A DNA stretch of 64,000 bases from Paraspadella gotoi (taxonomy: Eukaryota; Animalia; Chaetognatha), in contig CM119268.1 in the NCBI GenBank assembly GCA_051294375.1, positions 2,914,184 to 2,978,183 of the forward strand, read 5' to 3'. How positions within the stretch are numbered: position 1 is the stretch's first letter; each line of letters opens with the position of its first letter. Below the pieces are notes generated by a model that saw only the letters and a list, made by a program, of their open reading frames with translations, was not told the origin of the DNA and searched no databases. Shown here piece after piece: positions 13,670-26,068 of this stretch. The translations under genes were made by a program, and so were the position numbers.

Positions 13670-13810
13670 AAACTGCCCACATGGCAGTGCCAAGTGTCCA
13701 CTGCCTTTTCCCCAAGCCAACTGCCCACTGCCTTTTCCAACTGCCCACTGCCTTTGCCAACTCCCCACTGCCTTTGCCCACTGCCCACTGCCTTTGCCCA
13801 CCGACCACTG
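13670..13810 (+). repeat. ~20-bp minisatellite (ACTGCCCACTGCCTTTGCCC-like)
   Basis: About 6 degenerate tandem units. Confidence 0.85.
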
Positions 13811-14036
13811 GAACTACATCCATTCAGTCGGGACTCGATATCCAAGGGAATGGCTCGAGATTTGAATTTTAAATTTTTTCTCCTGTGGGTGTAACAATTT
13901 TTGGACATCGACTGCGTTACATGAAATTGGGACTGTATATGTGGACTCTCAGAAGGAGTTAGACTCGTTGTGTAGGAGGTTCTCTCAAAAAGCTCTTCGA
14001 AAACTTTTCGCCTGAAGGTTTTAAAGTCCTTCTTCT

Positions 14037-14122
<86 letters not shown>

Positions 14123-14748
14123 GAGAGAAATGACCGGAGAGAGAGACGGAAAATGCCATGATTCCACGACGTCGCGCGACGGACACGAGCGAAGAGTGAT
14201 AGCGAGATAAGCCAATCTCCTCTCTTCTCTCTCTCTCTCTATCTCTCTCTCTCTCTCTCTCCCCTTTTCTGTCACCTCTCGAAAATCAAATTTTGAAAAA
14301 AGAGATAAAAACGAGAAATAAAAATTCTCTATCACTTTATAAAATTTGAAAATAAAATCAAACAAAGACGTCGAGAGATTTAATGAATGATTGATAGAAA
14401 GATAGAAAGAAAGAAAGAAAGAAAGAAAGNNNNNNNNNNAGAAAGAAAGAAAGAAAGAAAGAAAGAAAACAAATAGAAAAAATATTATAGAAAGAAAGAA
14501 AGACACCAACAAACAATAGTAAAAGAGTATACAAATAAAAACAAAACAAAGAAATATAGAAACAAACGCACAAATAGAAAAAGAAATATTTAAATTAATA
14601 AAGGGGAGAAAAATACTTCTTTCTTTTTCTTTCACTTTGTCTCATTCACTTACCGTCTCTCCCCTGCGTGCGTGGATTATTTTTTCTGTCTCACACGCGC
14701 GCGACGCTTTTGCATGCGCCGTTTCTCGCGAAGGGTGTCAACGTGCGA

Positions 14749-14858
<110 letters not shown>

Positions 14859-15865
14859 CTCTCAAGGGCGCGCGTGTTAAAGACCTCTTTTTATTATTGG
14901 TTTGACAAACAAAAAGGTTTTTATCGCCGACAGAGGGAGAGAGAGAAAAAAAGGGCATCGACTAAATCGACATCGAAAAATCGTTTGTTTGATTAAAAGG
15001 AATAAAAATCGATCCTCGACGAAGTTTTGTTTGATTTTATTATAAAAAGTTTTTATTATTGAGTTTTTTTCGATTAAGCGCTCTTTTAAATACAATTTTA
15101 TTAATAGCGAAATATTATAAAAATATTTATTTTACCTATTTGATGATTATTATTTTATAATAAGCTTGATCTTATTTGATATGTTATCACTAGCTTTATC
15201 TTAATTTTTGACATCGTTTATTAATTTTAATATTTATTCTTTTATGATTATCCTAATGTTTAAAAAATTTATGCTTTGCGCTGATGAAGATTCGAAAAAA
15301 TAAGAATCCACTAAAATTCTATAAAAAATCATTGCTTGTAACAAATAAATTCTCTAAATTCTAAACGCATCGAAAAAAAAGTCGAAATGCAAAAGAATAT
15401 AACAAAAAATAAAAAATGATAAAAAAAAAATTTATAATTAAGTACTCAAAAAAGCAATTTTTTTTAGTTAAATTATATTTAAACGCACTCATGATGACTC
15501 CCATTAGAGTCCAACCAGATCTGTTCTTATATAAATAAAATCGTTGGTGCAACAAAACCAATTTAAGTTAAATTATATAATAAAAATCAAAAAAATCATA
15601 GAAGAAATATTATTAAAAAGGCGCTCATCAGAGAAAAACTTTGGTGGGAGGGATTCTGATTTTTTTTTTATTGAAATCATTTTTATTATTTTTTTTTCTT
15701 GTGAAGGAAAACAAGTTTGACGAAGAAGTGAATCAAAAAATCGAGAGTAAAACATAATTTTTTTTATTTAATTTTTTTTTGACGTTTTTAAAATTATTAT
15801 TTGTTGACTTTTATTCGGTGACGGATTTTGGCGCCAGAAATTTGTGAAGGGGGGGAACTTTTGAA

Positions 15866-15926
<61 letters not shown>

Positions 15927-15950
15927 CTCTCGTCTTCTCGTATGATCTAT

Positions 15951-16020
15951 AAAATGGTACAACCAATATATAAGTTATCCATTCATTTAACAAATAAGCT
16001 ATCTTGCCCCTGACTTTGGA
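15951..16020 (+). repeat. ~70-bp dispersed repeat, inverted partner of 33725-33794
   Basis: AAAATGGTACAACCAATATATAAGTTATCCATTCATTTAACAAATAAGCTATCTTGCCCCTGACTTTGGA matches the reverse complement of 33725-33794 with about 6 mismatches. Confidence 0.85.
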
Positions 16021-16640
16021 CACGTCTAGTGAAATAGTGGCAAAAGGGAAGACAAATTACGACAACCTAAACGACGACGACGACGACGACGACGACGATT
16101 CTTCTATCGCCCGAGAAGCTAACTTATATTAACAAAACAAAACAAATATCATCTATCGGACCGAACATCAAAACAAACTCCGAAAAGAATGGAAACATTT
16201 CCCAAAACAAGACATGTCAGCAAAACATTACATTTACTCCACCCCCCCCCCAACGAAAAAATATTACTAAAAACTAAGTTCTATTTCATTATAATCGAAG
16301 TTTACTCGAAAGCAACGACTCAATAAAAAGTCAATACAATCGATATTTCATAAATTCATTGAATCATTTTTTTGTGCCCTAAAATGATATCAATTTATGC
16401 GAGCAATGATTTATAAAACGAGCATTAGAACATTTTTTTTTCTTTTTTTTTTTCAAAAATTAGGGTAAAAATCCTAAATTGACAAAAGAAGAGCGGAACA
16501 ACCTGGTCTGGTCAAAACGAGTCTCACAAGCAGCGGACGCATTGAAACCAAGGTTTACGGAAATTCGGTGGAAAATTGATGGAAAATTGATGGAAAAGGC
16601 TTTAAAAACGAGAAAAACTTAGGAAAATGGAGAGAGAGAG

Positions 16641-16717
<77 letters not shown>

Positions 16718-17274
16718 TTGAGTATGAGATTAGATCCTCCTAATCTTTCGCTTCCATGATTCGCTGCTCCTGAGAGGATCAGAAATTCGCGATGGAAACC
16801 AGAGATGGGGAGAAAACTTCGTCGTCGTCGTCGTTGTCATCGTCGTTGTCGTCTTCGCTGTCGTCGTGGTCCGCGTCGTCGTCGTCGTTATCGTCGTCGT
16901 CGTCGTCTTCTCCCCAATAATCAGTAACGTCTTCGTCGTTAGTGTCGTCGTTGTGAACATCATCATTTTGGCGGTCGGTCCCGCTCACTGGCCATCTATT
17001 TTTATCGGTGAGTTTATAAATCGTCTCACGTCATTCACAGAAACCCATCGAGAGTGAACGTTGAAGATAATTCTTTAAAGTCTTCACAGATTTCACGTTT
17101 TATAACTTTAGTAAATGTTCTTCGCCGGAGGCGTTATCTTTCTCTCTCTTTGTGAATTCGACCGACGATGGAAATGAAGTTCGTTTCTCAGAAATGAGTT
17201 TTGAGAGACGGAAATCTGACTTCGTCGAAAATGAGTTTTTGTGGTCGTTGGACTCGAGGGAATTTTGTAGACGT

Positions 17275-17315
<41 letters not shown>

Positions 17316-18082
17316 TCTCTCTCTCTCTCTTCTCTCTCTCTCCTCTCTCTCCCGTTCTCTCCTACTCTCTCTCTCTTGTGTGCTGTGTCAGCCCCCATCT
17401 TTGGTTAATCGCCAATATCCGATTTTATATCCAGAAAAATAATTAGAAAATCTCATAGTCGATAAAAGGAACTGAAAAACAAAGGCATAAACCCATAGTA
17501 AGTAAACAGTTAAATCAATAAACCGATAATCATATAGAACTGAAATTGTCAAAGTGGTTCGTCCAACGATAATCAACTCGTTACTTATTTAGTTAAATAA
17601 AAAGATAGACAAACCGATAATCTTCTCGAACCTAAATTGTCATTAATTAGTTATTTAGTGATTTTTTTAGTTAATTACTTCTATCGTTTTTTTTTCATTT
17701 CATTCTAATTTTTAAATTCCACCCTTCAAATCCCCACCCGCTGGGTTCGACCTCACCAACACCTGGGGATGAAACCAAACAATAATATTTCCCGAAGCTA
17801 AAACATAAAAAAGTAAGAAAATCAGAAAATGCTGTCCCAGGTCTTTGATAATTCCGTGAATAACCTTGGGCTTTAAATTAACTATATCAATAATTCCCTT
17901 AATACTCGGTCGATTTTTCACCGTCCGATTTATCGTCGTCGCAATTGTCGTCGTCGTTGTTGTCTACGAACCCGGGGGACAACGACGACGACGACGACGA
18001 CGACAGGCGACGGACGACGGTGAAAAATGTCACTGGAATTGAAGGAGACTTGTGCCGCCGATTCACCGGAGATAAGGGGAGG

Positions 18083-18150
<68 letters not shown>

Positions 18151-18413
18151 TGCCATCACTGATTAACAAAATCCCGGAGTCGCTTCGTCTATAATTTAGA
18201 CGTCGGCGGCAGAACAGATATCATTCGCCCATCGAAAGAGAAGAAGAAAAGAAAAGAGAAGAAAAAGAGAAGAAATAAGAAAAGAAAAGAAAAGACACGA
18301 CAAGATAGGAAAAGAATAGAGAAGAAAATAAAATAAAAGAAAACCAAAAAATTATAAATCGAATTCTTTTTTCTTCTTCGTCCTCGATTTTTGGAATCAA
18401 CTTTGAAATCGCG

Positions 18414-21400
18414 ATGGAAACGAAAGAAGAAAACGGAACCGGGAATCGGGAAAACAACAACGACAACAACAACAACGACGACGACGACAACCAAAAAGGT
18501 AAAAGTTCACCAAAGGATAAAGACGACAAAAAGGAAGAGGACACAAACTATAACAACGACAACAACGACAACTTTTCCGTGAAACGAAATGCGGCGTCGT
18601 TGTTGTCTTCGGCCTCGCCATCTGCCACGCCATCTGCCACGCCATCTGTCACGCCCCCTGCTACACCATCTGCCTCGCCCATCGAAACGACGCCCGATTC
18701 GACGGAAGACGAAGCCGCCGTCGACGCTTTGATCCTCTCCTCATTCTCTTCCGTCAACGAAAATATTTTTGTCGCCGGGAAAACGACGCCGGAAGACGAG
18801 GCGGCGCCGATAGGCGGCGCTGTAGGTCGAGAGCTGGAAATACCGGTGCCAAAAAATGATTCGCTATCGACGCCGGTTGGCTTTGACACAGCGCCTCTTT
18901 TTGGTGAGATAACGCCGCTTGTTACAGGATCGGCGCTGTTTGATGGAGAAGCAATACAGTTTGATGGACAGACGGCGCTTCTTGAGGAACAGAGGGGGCC
19001 ATTTGATGGAGAAGCGACACCATATGAAGAAGAGATGGAGTCGTCAGTTGCGGCGATGGAATCATTGGACGATGAAGTTGCCCGTGATCGGAGTTCGGTA
19101 TTAGAGGAATTCTGCGTCGGCGGCGCCGGTGCAGAGTCGGTGCAAGTCTCTGCGCCGACGTTGGATCTCGTCGGTGCAGAGTCGAAGAAAGTCTCTGAAT
19201 CCACGTCGCATCTCATTGGTGAAGAGCCGATGGACCAATTGCAGATGGCGTCATGGGAATGTTCCAATCAAGGTTCCTCTTTAGAGTGTGACCTCCGAGC
19301 ATCCGGAAGTTTGAACGACTCTGCTCCTTTAAGCAATCGATATCTGGAACCAACTTTAGAAAACTGTGCCTCGTCATTTATGGATCCATCGTGGCCGATC
19401 ATGGAATGTTCGGGCATAACATCCGCGCAAGTTTCCATGTCAGGTGCGAGGATGGATTCTAACTGTTACACGTTGGACCAGAGCAGCGTTCCTACTGCGC
19501 AAGCCTCTTGGTCGACTTTGGAATATTTCGGCAACGAATCGATGCAAGTTTCTTTGCCGAGTCTCGACCACACCCGTGCACCGCCAGTGCCGACCTTGGA
19601 CGACGAAGGGCCGGACTTGGACATCATCCGAGAGTTCCTCATGTTTCCCGGACCGGAGACGTGGGAGCAGCAGCAGCAGCGAGAGCAGCAGCAAGGAGCA
19701 CGTTTGCTGCATCAGTGCAGCAGCGAAGAACCGATTTCCAACAGGCTCAACTCTTTACAAAGTGCGGGAACCGAAGGGTAAGAAAATTAATTAATGAAAT
19801 TAAGAAAAAATAAAGATACTAAAAATATATTTACATATTTCTTGAACAGCTTCACTCAAACGTTAGATCCACTCATGGTCAACACATCGTCGTCGTCGTC
19901 GTCGTCTTTTTCATCGTCGCTGTCGTCGTCGTCGACCGAGACGAGTTACGAATGCGACGTAACTTACCTTTTTCCGACTTTCGACTCTGGCGGCGGCGGA
20001 GGCGGCGGCGGCGGAGGCGACGGCGGCGGAGTTTCCTGCGGCGGTGACTGCGGCGGCGCTTTCGGTCGCTTTCACACGGCCGGCTGGGGGTGCGGAGAAA
20101 GCGGGATCGGGTCTTGCTCGAGTCCTTGCAGCGGGGCACTTCGGACGTTCGACGACAGTTTTGGCAGCAGTAGCAGCGCGGAATGCGCGGCGGGGGAATT
20201 CTATAGAAGCGGCAGCTGCGGGAGCAGCAGCAGCAACGCGGACGGAAACGCGGGACTGACGGAGATCGGAGTTTTTTCGCCGTCGATGGGTGAGGAGGAA
20301 AGAAAAAGGAGGAAAGGAAAGAAAAAGGAGGAAAGGAAAAGGAGAAGGAAAATAGAGCCTAATGAAATGGGTCGCTTTTGGAAAAGCGAGCCTAATGAAA
20401 TGGGTCGCTTTTGGAAAAGAGAGCCTAATGAAATGGGTCGCTTTTGGAAAAGATAGCCTAATATCCCTCATTGTTCTTTTATTCAGCATCGACTCCACTT
20501 CTTCCGCCTGTCGAACTTCAAACGAACTTTCTCTACATCGGCTCCTTTCCTCCACAACATGATGATCCACAACCCCACGATCCACAACCAAACGATCCAC
20601 AACCAAATGATCCACAACCTCACAACATCGAACTCCTTTCTTCTCCCAACGATCTCGATAGCACAACTCTCGAATCGGTCTCTCAACCTCCAGCTCTTTC
20701 AACCCCAGACGACCAACTACAGCATCCGTTTCATCAACTACATCAGCCTCACCATCAACTACATCATCAACGCTCCAGCCATCATCAAATCTTCTCCTTC
20801 GATTCCATCTCGCCAATGGATTCTCTCAACTTCGCTTCGGCTTCGTCTGCGGCGTCGCCATCGGCGGAGGCGTCGGCAGCGTCGGCGGCGGCTTCTGAGG
20901 CGGCGGCGGCAGCGTCGTTTTTTCCTGCGGAGGAGAATTTAGTCGCCGGGGAAAAGATTGATTCGGCGCCGCCGATTATGACGCCGCAAGAACCGGCGTC
21001 AAATATCGACGCCGGTTGGTTGGTCTCGGATGGAATTTCCGAGCGGAGAAACGTCGCCAGTTCTGGGATCTTGCTGCAGGTGAGGTCACTTTAATGCTGT
21101 AATTGCATTCGCAAGGAAGGAAACATTAACATTCATATCATTATTCATTATTCAATCTTTCTCCCGACACCAGACTCCGTCCTTGCCGCAACCGGATGCG
21201 GCTGAGTTGCTGCAGTCATTCGCCTCGACTCGCGGTCACGAACAGCATTGCTGCCGCAACTCGGCCAGGGGTCGGGCTGATGCGGCAGCGGCGGCGGCGG
21301 AAGTGGCGGCGAAGGAAGGGAGGTGAGTTCATAAGGAATTCGTCTGGGTGACGTTTTTATTTTTTTTACATTAAATAAATAACTATTTAAGGGGAAATAT

Positions 21401-23556
21401 TTATTGAATTGACTATTAAACTGGACATAAAATCTGGCGTACGTACTAATATTACTAAATAAACTTTTTTAACGATATTTTGTTTTTTTAGAATTTTGCT
21501 AAAAAAAACAGAAACAGTATAAAAGATAACAGAAATTTTATAACATCGATTAGTTTCATATCGGTTTCTCTTCGCTGCTAAATCAATTAAGGGTAAACAA
21601 AACAACAACAAAAAAAAAGCCTCATAACGATCACGTGACGTAATGTATGCAATAAAAATACCTCTGTTTATTTCCCGTTTCCCAGGGCAACTGGCAAGAT
21701 AAACAGGGGAGAGGAAGACGACGACGAGGAGGAGGAGGAGATGGAGGAGGACGACGAGGACGAGGAAGAGGAGGAGGATTCGGACGAAGGAAGCGAAGGA
21801 GGAAGAGAATCGGGAAACGAGGAGAACAATTCGGAAGGGAGGAAAGGAGGAAGAGGAGGAGGGGAGAAAAGGGAGGAAGGAGAAAAAGGGAGGAAAGGAA
21901 GGAAGCTGAGAAAGTCGCAGGTGAAAGGGAGGAAGGGTGAAGGGTGGGTTTTGTTTTTTTTTGGTTTTGTTTCCTCGTTTTGTTTTTGGGTTGAAGGTTC
22001 AGTTTATTTTCTTCATGAATTAAAGTTTAAAGTTTTGAATCACGTAACACTAGTTTTATTTAAATACTTTACGTTGTGTCGGTTAAATGAAAAATTTCAT
22101 ATGTAAAATAGGGGGAAAAATGTGAAATTGGGTCGTTTGGACTTTGACGAACGGGTTCACATGAAAAAGATGTCATCGACAATTACGAGAAATCTCTCGA
22201 TTCCGACTGGGATAATCTGGGAAAAAGACGACGACGACGACGNNNNNNNNNNCGACGACGACGACGACGGCGACTTTCGTGATGTTTTGGCGATGATGAC
22301 GACGACGACGATGACGAACTGAAAACTATGCCTTTGGGCTTGAGTTTTATGATAATGGGAATGACGACAACGACGACGACGACGACGAAGACCACGACGA
22401 TGAAGTGGAACCAATTCCCATTTCCTAGAAATGGCGGCAAAGCCGAGACTCGGATCAAAATCCTCTTTCCGTCCATAATGTTCTTTCGGGTCGGAGTTTC
22501 CAACGACGTGATCAAAACGACGACGATGACGATGACGATTATGACGACGACGAAGATGACAACGAAGATATCGATGATGAAGATGATAATGACGATCAAG
22601 AGGATGACAAAGTCGACGATGATAACGATGATGAAGATGATGATGTCGACAATTATTTTGACGATGATAAGAATAATAACAATGATGAAAATGATGATGG
22701 CTACAACTATGAAAGTTACAACGATGATGAAGATGATAACGATGATGAAGATGATAACGATGATGAAGATGATAATGACGATCAAGATGATGACAAAAAC
22801 GACGATGCTAACGATAACGAAGATTATGACGACCATGCAAGGAACGACGATGTCGACTAACCCGAAAACGACGACAACAATTTCGTGACGCACGATTTCG
22901 TTTACAAATAAATTTATATATTCACAAAAAGATTCACAAATCCACTCTCCCCCTTATTCACAGCGCCTGGCGGCCAATCATCGCGAGCGGCGTCGCATCA
23001 AAAGCATCAACGGCGCCTTCGCCAAATTGAGACAGACTGTCCCTTGTCTTCCTTTCGAAAAGAAAATGTCAAAGATGGACACTTTGAAACTCGCCATCGA
23101 CTACATCCACTTTCTGTCGGGTCAGTCATGTTGATGTAGTTGACCTCTTTGGATGATGGTTAAAATGTGTTGATGAAAGTCATCTGCTTTAGAAAAATTT
23201 TTGAGCCTTTTTGAGCCTTTATTCTAAGCAAACTAGGCTTTATTGTTTCTTCCTAAAACGTTTGAATTATACTAACATTTTTACACAGGATAGAAACAAA
23301 CCTTTTTACATAATTATTATTTTTTCGCCCCTAAAAAATAGAAATCATCCAAACTGCGGAAAAGGAATCGGATCACAAGGAACAAAAGACCACTAATCGA
23401 GTTGTGCTGCGAAGCCGCTGTCTTCAGCTCGGCGCTGACGTCGACATTCTTCACATACTGACTTGTTCGGACAAAAAGACATCGAATTCCCTGACGCCGA
23501 ACGGAAAGATTGCTGCCAAGATTTGGACGCCCACGGCAATGATTAAAGCCGGATGA
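18414..23556 (+). CDS. PTF1A: PTF1a/Fer1-type bHLH transcription factor, 7 coding exons, about 1050 aa
   Basis: Exons are 18414-19777, 19850-20289, 20487-21079, 21174-21322, 21686-21920, 22964-23120 and 23342-23556. All introns are GT-AG with compatible phases (2,1,0,2,0,1), totalling 3153 nt. The b[58 protein letters not shown] matches the PTF1a pattern, and the C-terminal AAKIWTP matches the PTF1a AKVWTP RBPJ-binding motif. The start codon and 5' exon linkage are inferred. Confidence 0.82.
20355..20462 (+). repeat. 30-bp tandem repeat (about 3.5 copies) in PTF1a intron 2
   Basis: Unit GAGCCTAATGAAATGGGTCGCTTTTGGAAAA. Confidence 0.9.
22225..22880 (+). repeat. Degenerate (GAT/GAC/AAC)n trinucleotide-rich tract in PTF1a intron 5
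   Basis: Cryptically simple sequence that is open in several frames (poly-D, M/T-rich and I/V-rich). Confidence 0.8.
22964..23120 (+). CDS. PTF1A: bHLH-domain exon of the PTF1a-like gene (absent from the ORF track)
   Basis: CAG acceptor, translation [52 protein letters not shown], then a G|GTCAGT donor. Confidence 0.93.
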
Positions 23557-24639
23557 GAGATTGAAATTAATAGTAAACTATTGTTTATTTAATTTAAATT
23601 CGTTTTAGTCCTTAAATGATTGACTAGTCAATATCTTTGTTCGATGCCAATTCTATTTTAATTACAACAGGAGTCTTCCATTTAATCATTAACTTAAATG
23701 CAAAAAAATTTCTTGTTATAAATTTGCACTACAATTGTTACGTTAAATCATTGTTCCTGTTTGTAGTTTGTAGTTGATAACTTTATTGTCGTTACGAATA
23801 CTAAATAAATGTTAACCTTTACACCGGTTAGAATGTTTTTCTTTCTTTCGAAATCAAATTCCAAAAGAAGATTTGGAAATTTTCAGTTCTTCAACTGAGC
23901 AGATGAACAGACGAGTTCCAAAACCGGAAAGAGTTGATTCGAAACACCAGAACTCTTCCTTTCGTCAAAACTATTTTTTTTTTTGAATATTTAACCGCGA
24001 AAAACTCTAATCTATTTTCACAATGACGCAGAGGAGTAATTAGCTCCAACGGAGCCCGTTAATAATCGAGCGGGAAACGAAATCGTAAGGATTTCCAGCT
24101 TCGGTGACCTTCGAATGACAAGGCTTTATAATTTGATATAAACGGAATACGGATGGACGGATAGACAACGTACGTCTGGATTCATCTATTTAGATTTTGA
24201 GCATTCCGTTTTCTAGCTAAGCATGGCATTATCCATCTTCCATGTCGCACAGAAGTAAAAGTAACTCTTTCTCTCTCGCCTCCCGAATCTATTTTTTTTT
24301 AATCTCTCTAGTCGAAAGTTGGAATGAGTTTCGGTCGTTGACAGGAATTCCTTTATTGATTCAAGTCTCTTTGGTCATGACTCTTTTCTCCAGCATGCAA
24401 TCCGCCCAACTGACTTCCCTTGTTTCTCTCTCTCTCTCTCTCTCTGTCTGGGTTTTAGTTTCTATTTCAGTTTTAGGTTTAGTTTTATATTCGAAATGAA
24501 TATTGGAGATAAGTTTTCTTTCTTTTTTTCCCGGTGAAGAGTCTCCGGTTTTCTTTCATGATCGTAATTTTTCTCATTTCAACTTCTAATTGACGAAAAT
24601 TTCGAAAAGATTCGTCAAACCGGTAATTTTTTCTTTTAA

Positions 24640-24671
<32 letters not shown>

Positions 24672-24679
24672 CGAGAGAG

Positions 24680-24735
<56 letters not shown>

Positions 24736-26068
24736 TCCGTAACCGAAACTTTAAAAAAAAGAAGCCAAGGAACGTAATTAATTCTTTACAAGTCTCTCTA
24801 CGATTGAGGCGACAAAAAAAGAAAGAAAAAAAAAAACAAAAACTGGGAGTGGAACTTTTTTTTTCTGGTTAATTTCACGATTCTCTTCTTTTCGAACTGA
24901 CGCTGACCTCTTTTTTCTTTTTTTTTCTTTTTTTTTCTTTTTTATTTTACGAACTAAATTCATCTCTAAAAAAAAGAAAACCTCGTCTGGAGCGAAGTCT
25001 ATACGGATCCGCTTGTGCGGAGAGAGAGAGAGAGAGAAAAAAATTCGTCGGGCGAAAAGAAAAACCAGAAATTTGGGCTTCGATCCGAAATTTTGTCAAA
25101 AATATTTTCTTTTTTCATCCTAGAACGGATTTGAGCGTAAATTTTTTCGTCGTTTTCGTCGTCGTCGTCTTCGTTGNNNNNNNNNNCGTCATCATCGTCA
25201 TCCTCGTCTTAGTCATCCTTCACCGCTGCCACTGGAACGCTGTGTATTTATATTTCCTTCTCTTCCTTTTCGTCTCTTACTTAAAAACCAATAATTTTCT
25301 TTAAATCACTTAAAACGAAGCGAATGTTTCCAACGGAATACTTTTTTTTCCCGCTCTTCCTTTCTCGGCCTTAAAAAAAAAAAGAAGGAGCGGCATTGAG
25401 AGGCATTTTAGGCATTGAGAGGCATTTAAGGCTTAAATCGACTCGGGAGAAACTTCGCTTCTTTCTCATCGCTATTTTTTTTATATTTTGGTTAAAAGAA
25501 AACAAATCCTTTTTTGAAAAAAAAAATCCACACAAAAGATTCTTATTTATTTCTAAAACGATAAAAGAAAATCGACCCGTTGGGATTTTTATTTAAAGTA
25601 TGAATATATTTTAAAACGGTTGGTGGGAGAAAGATTACTAATACTATTACGTATTTACGAAAATGGAAACATCTCGTCAGATCGATTGTGGATGTCCACT
25701 CAAAATTTAAAAAAAAAATTTTTTTTGGCGAAAATTATTTTTGTTTCAACGAGTTTTATTTACAATAAAAACAGATATGTTTCGGCTTTGGTACAGTCCT
25801 TCATCGGCGTGAGTTTTACATTTTTTTTCTTTCCAGGTCGATTCTCAGAATCTGTACTGAAAATTAGATCTTAGGAAAATTCAGGAAAAAAAGAGTCGAA
25901 ACATGTCCATACATATAAATTAAATTCGTTGATGAAACAAAATTTCAAACTTTTTTTCTAAAGGAAAAAATGCAAAATTTGACGGTCGACCTTTTGAAAA
26001 AGTGTAATTTTTTAAATCGTTCTCATGTGAATTTAATTTTTAAAATCGTTTGTGAGACTAAAAGGACT

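Noticed and set aside
13888-13915. Tc1-like terminal repeat resemblance (minus strand CAGTCGATGTCCAAAAATTG)
   Set aside because: No TA target site, no partner repeat and no transposase found.
16779-16988. Acidic 69-aa ORF on the minus strand
   Set aside because: Mostly (GAC)n simple sequence, with no splice or homology support.
17725-17780. GGGTTCGACC B-box-like motif
   Set aside because: No cloverleaf or A box could be built, so this is insufficient for a tRNA or SINE call.
22328-22888. Long Met/Thr-rich, Asp-rich and Ile/Val-rich ORFs
   Set aside because: They are a by-product of degenerate GAT/GAC repeats open in several frames, and they lie inside a PTF1a intron whose flanking exons join cleanly.
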